From Microcystaceae cyanobacterium (GTDB lineage Bacteria > Cyanobacteriota > Cyanobacteriia > Cyanobacteriales > Microcystaceae): a stretch of 64,000 nucleotides of DNA. Below the pieces are notes generated by a model. The model was not told the DNA's origin. It did no database searches and saw nothing but the letters and a program-made list of their open reading frames with translations. Location of the stretch: NCBI GenBank assembly GCA_041746575.1, contig JBGTGT010000098.1, positions 104,729 to 168,728 on the forward strand, in the 5' to 3' direction. Numbering within the stretch: the first letter of the stretch is position 1; every line of letters starts with the position of its first letter. Below are positions 61,220 to 64,000 of this stretch, piece by piece. A program made the position numbers and the translations under genes.

Positions 61220-62095
61220 ATGTTTTTAGTCACGGGTGCCACAGGATCAGTCGGAAAACGGATTGTGCGTCAATTACGGGAGCGAAATACCGAGGTAAGA
61301 GCGTTTGTTCGTTTACTTTCCCGTTATGAAGACCTAGAAAACCGAGGAGCAACCCTTTTTATCGGTGACTTACGGCAAGATAAAGATATTGCTAAAGCCT
61401 GCGAGGGAGTTGAATATATTATTAGTGCGCATGGCTCGGGGAAGGATGCACAAGCACTAGATTATCGCGCCAATATTGAACTAATCGACCAAGCAAAAAG
61501 CAAGAATATTAAGCATTTTGTCTATATTTCCGTCTTAGGGGTTGAACGAGGGTATCAAGATTCGGCCGTTTTCAAAGCTAAGCGAGAAGTCGAAAAATAT
61601 TTAATGGCGAGTGGTTTAAATTACACGATTTTACGTCCATCGGGGTTTGCGAATAATTTGTTGCCTCTAGCAGAGAGATTTCGTGAAACAGGGATTTATT
61701 TATTGATTGGAGATGCTCGCAATCGTTCTTCTATTGTCAGTACCGATGATTTGGCCAAAATTGCCGTTGATTCGGTTTATTTAGAACCTGCAAAAAACAA
61801 AATCTTTGCCGTCGGCGGACCGGATATTCTTACTAGAGAAGAGATTCCGCAAATTTTTGGCCGTATTTTTAATAAAGAACCGATTATCATCAATCCCCCC
61901 CTCTTAGTCTTAGATGGTATTCGTTCAGGGTTGGGTTTATTTAATCCCGAATTGGAGCGATCGCTGGGAACATTGCGCACTCTTTTGGCTAATGAATTTT
62001 TCTGCACTTCTGAAGAAATTGCTACTCTCGAATCAGTTTATGATCTAAAATTGGAGTCTTTAGAACACTTTTTGCGCCGTTATTTAGGAGCGTAA
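61220..62095 (+). CDS. Atypical SDR / NmrA-like NAD(P)-binding protein
   Basis: VTGATG-x-x-G and YTILRP motifs. Confidence 0.88.
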   Translation: MFLVTGATGSVGKRIVRQLRERNTEVRAFVRLLSRYEDLENRGATLFIGDLRQDKDIAKACEGVEYIISAHGSGKDAQALDYRANIELIDQAKSKNIKHFVYISVLGVERGYQDSAVFKAKREVEKYLMASGLNYTILRPSGFANNLLPLAERFRETGIYLLIGDARNRSSIVSTDDLAKIAVDSVYLEPAKNKIFAVGGPDILTREEIPQIFGRIFNKEPIIINPPLLVLDGIRSGLGLFNPELERSLGTLRTLLANEFFCTSEEIATLESVYDLKLESLEHFLRRYLGA

Positions 62096-62115
62096 TTTTA
62101 CGTTTATTTACCCGA

Positions 62116-62991
62116 TTGAACACCCTTATGACCCTTTCCCTTGCTTATCTTGGCCCGATTGGCACACATTCTTATGCGGCGGCTTCTCTTTATTGCAATT
62201 GGTTAGCTGAAAATGGACAAAAGGAGACAATGTTATGCGCTTATCCCAGTATTTCTCAGACTTTAAAGGTGATTGATCGGCAAGAAGTAGATTTAGCGAT
62301 TGTTCCTGTCGAAAACTCTACCGAAGGCAGTGTGACCATTACTTTAGATACTTTATGGCAATTGAAGCGGTTGCAAATTCAGCAAGAATTAGTTTTACCT
62401 ATCCAGAATTTGCTTTTTTCTTGGGGAAAATCGCTAGAGGCGTTAGAAACCGTTTACTCTCACCCTCAACCGCTTGCTCAGTGCCAAAAATGGCTACAGG
62501 ATAATCTCACTGATGTCCAGTTAATCCCGACAAATTCTACCACTGAAGCCTTACAACGCATTCATACTGATCCTACGGCGGGAGCGATCGCTTCTCCTCA
62601 GGCGGCAAAACTCTACGACATCCCAATTCTTGCCGAGCATATTAACGATTATCCCGATAATTGTACCCGTTTTTGGATTATTGGCTTAAAAGAGAATACA
62701 GACGGTCATCGGCTTTCTCTTGCTTTTAGTGTCCCTCAAAATGTACCGGGGGCTTTGATGAATCCTTTGGCGGTGTTTGCCCGACGCAATCTCAATCTGA
62801 GTCGCATTGAATCACGCCCTACTAAGCGTTCTCTCGGAGAGTACTTATTTTTTCTTGATTTAGAAGGAAATCTAGCTCAAATAGCTGTTCAAGAAGCGTT
62901 ACAAGAGTTATCGCACTATACAGAAGAAACGAAAATTTTGGGCAGTTATGACTTATTGGAGATGAGCGAGGAAAATTTAGCCACAATATGA
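62116..62991 (+). CDS. pheA: Prephenate dehydratase
   Basis: YLGP, PVENS-x-EG, TRF and ACT-domain IESRP. Confidence 0.95.
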   Translation: MNTLMTLSLAYLGPIGTHSYAAASLYCNWLAENGQKETMLCAYPSISQTLKVIDRQEVDLAIVPVENSTEGSVTITLDTLWQLKRLQIQQELVLPIQNLLFSWGKSLEALETVYSHPQPLAQCQKWLQDNLTDVQLIPTNSTTEALQRIHTDPTAGAIASPQAAKLYDIPILAEHINDYPDNCTRFWIIGLKENTDGHRLSLAFSVPQNVPGALMNPLAVFARRNLNLSRIESRPTKRSLGEYLFFLDLEGNLAQIAVQEALQELSHYTEETKILGSYDLLEMSEENLATI

Positions 62992-63018
62992 ATCTAGGTT
63001 AGGCCTAGACCCTGTAAG

Positions 63019-63657
63019 CTAGTCTAGAGCATCTTTTAACGCGGTTCTTGCCGCTAAGTGATTGCGGGTGGAAGAGAGGATTTCCACTTCCCGTTGTAGG
63101 CGTTCGACGGTGTTTTGCATCTCTAACAAGATTTGTTGTTCGTTAGCTACCCCATAAAGGTTTCCTGCCACCCAATAAGATAATTCTAAAGGAGAAATGG
63201 GGAGATCATCAGGAAGTTCGATTTTTTGATCGGTTAATTTGGCTGACAAATGAACGACATCGTTTAATAATTGGGTTACTTCTTTGCCTAATGGTCGCAA
63301 ATCTTGAGCGGTGGGTTCATCGTCTATCCATTCGACTAAACCCACTCGATAGGGTTTTTCTCGTTTATATTCAAGTAAACGGAAACGTTGTTGACCAATG
63401 GTCAGCATTTTAAAACGGTCATCAGGTAAACGCTGATAACGAACGATTTCTGCGCAACATCCCACTTTTGCAATCTCTCCACTGGTAGGGTCGATCATCA
63501 GTACGCCAAAACGTTGATCATCCTCTAAAATGGTGTTTATCATCATGCGATAACGGAATTCAAAGACATGAAGCGGTAGAGGACGACCGGGAAATAAAAC
63601 AACCTCAGGCAGGGGAAAGAGAGGTAATTCTCGGACAGCGATCGAAGAAAACGACAT
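63019..63657 (-). CDS. LON peptidase substrate-binding domain protein
   Basis: LPLFPL...VLFPG...LHVFE-x-RYR. Confidence 0.92.
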   Translation of the reverse strand: MSFSSIAVRELPLFPLPEVVLFPGRPLPLHVFEFRYRMMINTILEDDQRFGVLMIDPTSGEIAKVGCCAEIVRYQRLPDDRFKMLTIGQQRFRLLEYKREKPYRVGLVEWIDDEPTAQDLRPLGKEVTQLLNDVVHLSAKLTDQKIELPDDLPISPLELSYWVAGNLYGVANEQQILLEMQNTVERLQREVEILSSTRNHLAARTALKDALD

Positions 63658-63824
63658 AGGAGTTATGAGGGTTTAATCAGCTAAGAATTGGATGATTCTT
63701 TTACTACTTTAGCGAATTTTTTCTCATTCTATCCCCTATCTGAATGATAAAGAGTCATCTGAAGGCAACGGGCAACAGAAAAGGAAACCCGACATTTAAA
63801 GAAACAGCGTAGCACGATATTGAA

Positions 63825-63853
63825 TTGACATTTTGTGCTAGCATTGTTAGTAT
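63825..63853 (+). promoter_or_regulatory. Near-consensus sigma70-type promoter
   Basis: TTGACA-N17-TAGTAT with an extended -10 TG. Confidence 0.5.
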
Positions 63854-64000
63854 AAATATATAGGGTTTGCTGAAAAAGTTTTGAGAAAATTTATGCCGCC
63901 AAACCCTGATTAATCTCCGATTCATTAATAAGTCTGACTGTTATAAAAATGCTGCTAATATAATTTTTGATAATGTCTCGTTGATTTTTTAGTTCATTGG

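Overview
AT-rich chromosomal segment of a unicellular (Chroococcales-type) cyanobacterium, judged from psbH, ndhO, bciB, hik2 and frequent HIP1 octamers (GCGATCGC). Most of the window is housekeeping: rpiA, def, sds, panC/cmk, pyrB, pdxJ, gyrB, amt, pth, mdh, folC, cobH, purS/purQ, pheA. The main accessory element is an apparently HIP1-free island of about 10 kb (17.5-27.9 kb). It encodes a ~2880-aa RTX/T1SS-type protein with a metzincin motif, an internal Zn-dependent phospholipase C/P1-type domain, a Golvesin-like module and Ca-binding repeats, followed by a GEVED-domain PEP-CTERM protein. The upstream region of the giant gene shares an ungapped 71-bp element (59/71 identical) with the upstream region of a lasso-peptide B2-type peptidase gene at the left edge, which the ORF track misses. 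This suggests a common regulon. Other non-coding signals: a phased DnaA-box-like array between DUF2811 and ndhO, four ManR-like repeats before mntP, an NtcA box before amt, an HLR1 site before sds, two candidate sRNAs, a MITE family, a GTAG-type REP family and two pseudogenes. All calls were made by eye from motifs; no database searches were run.
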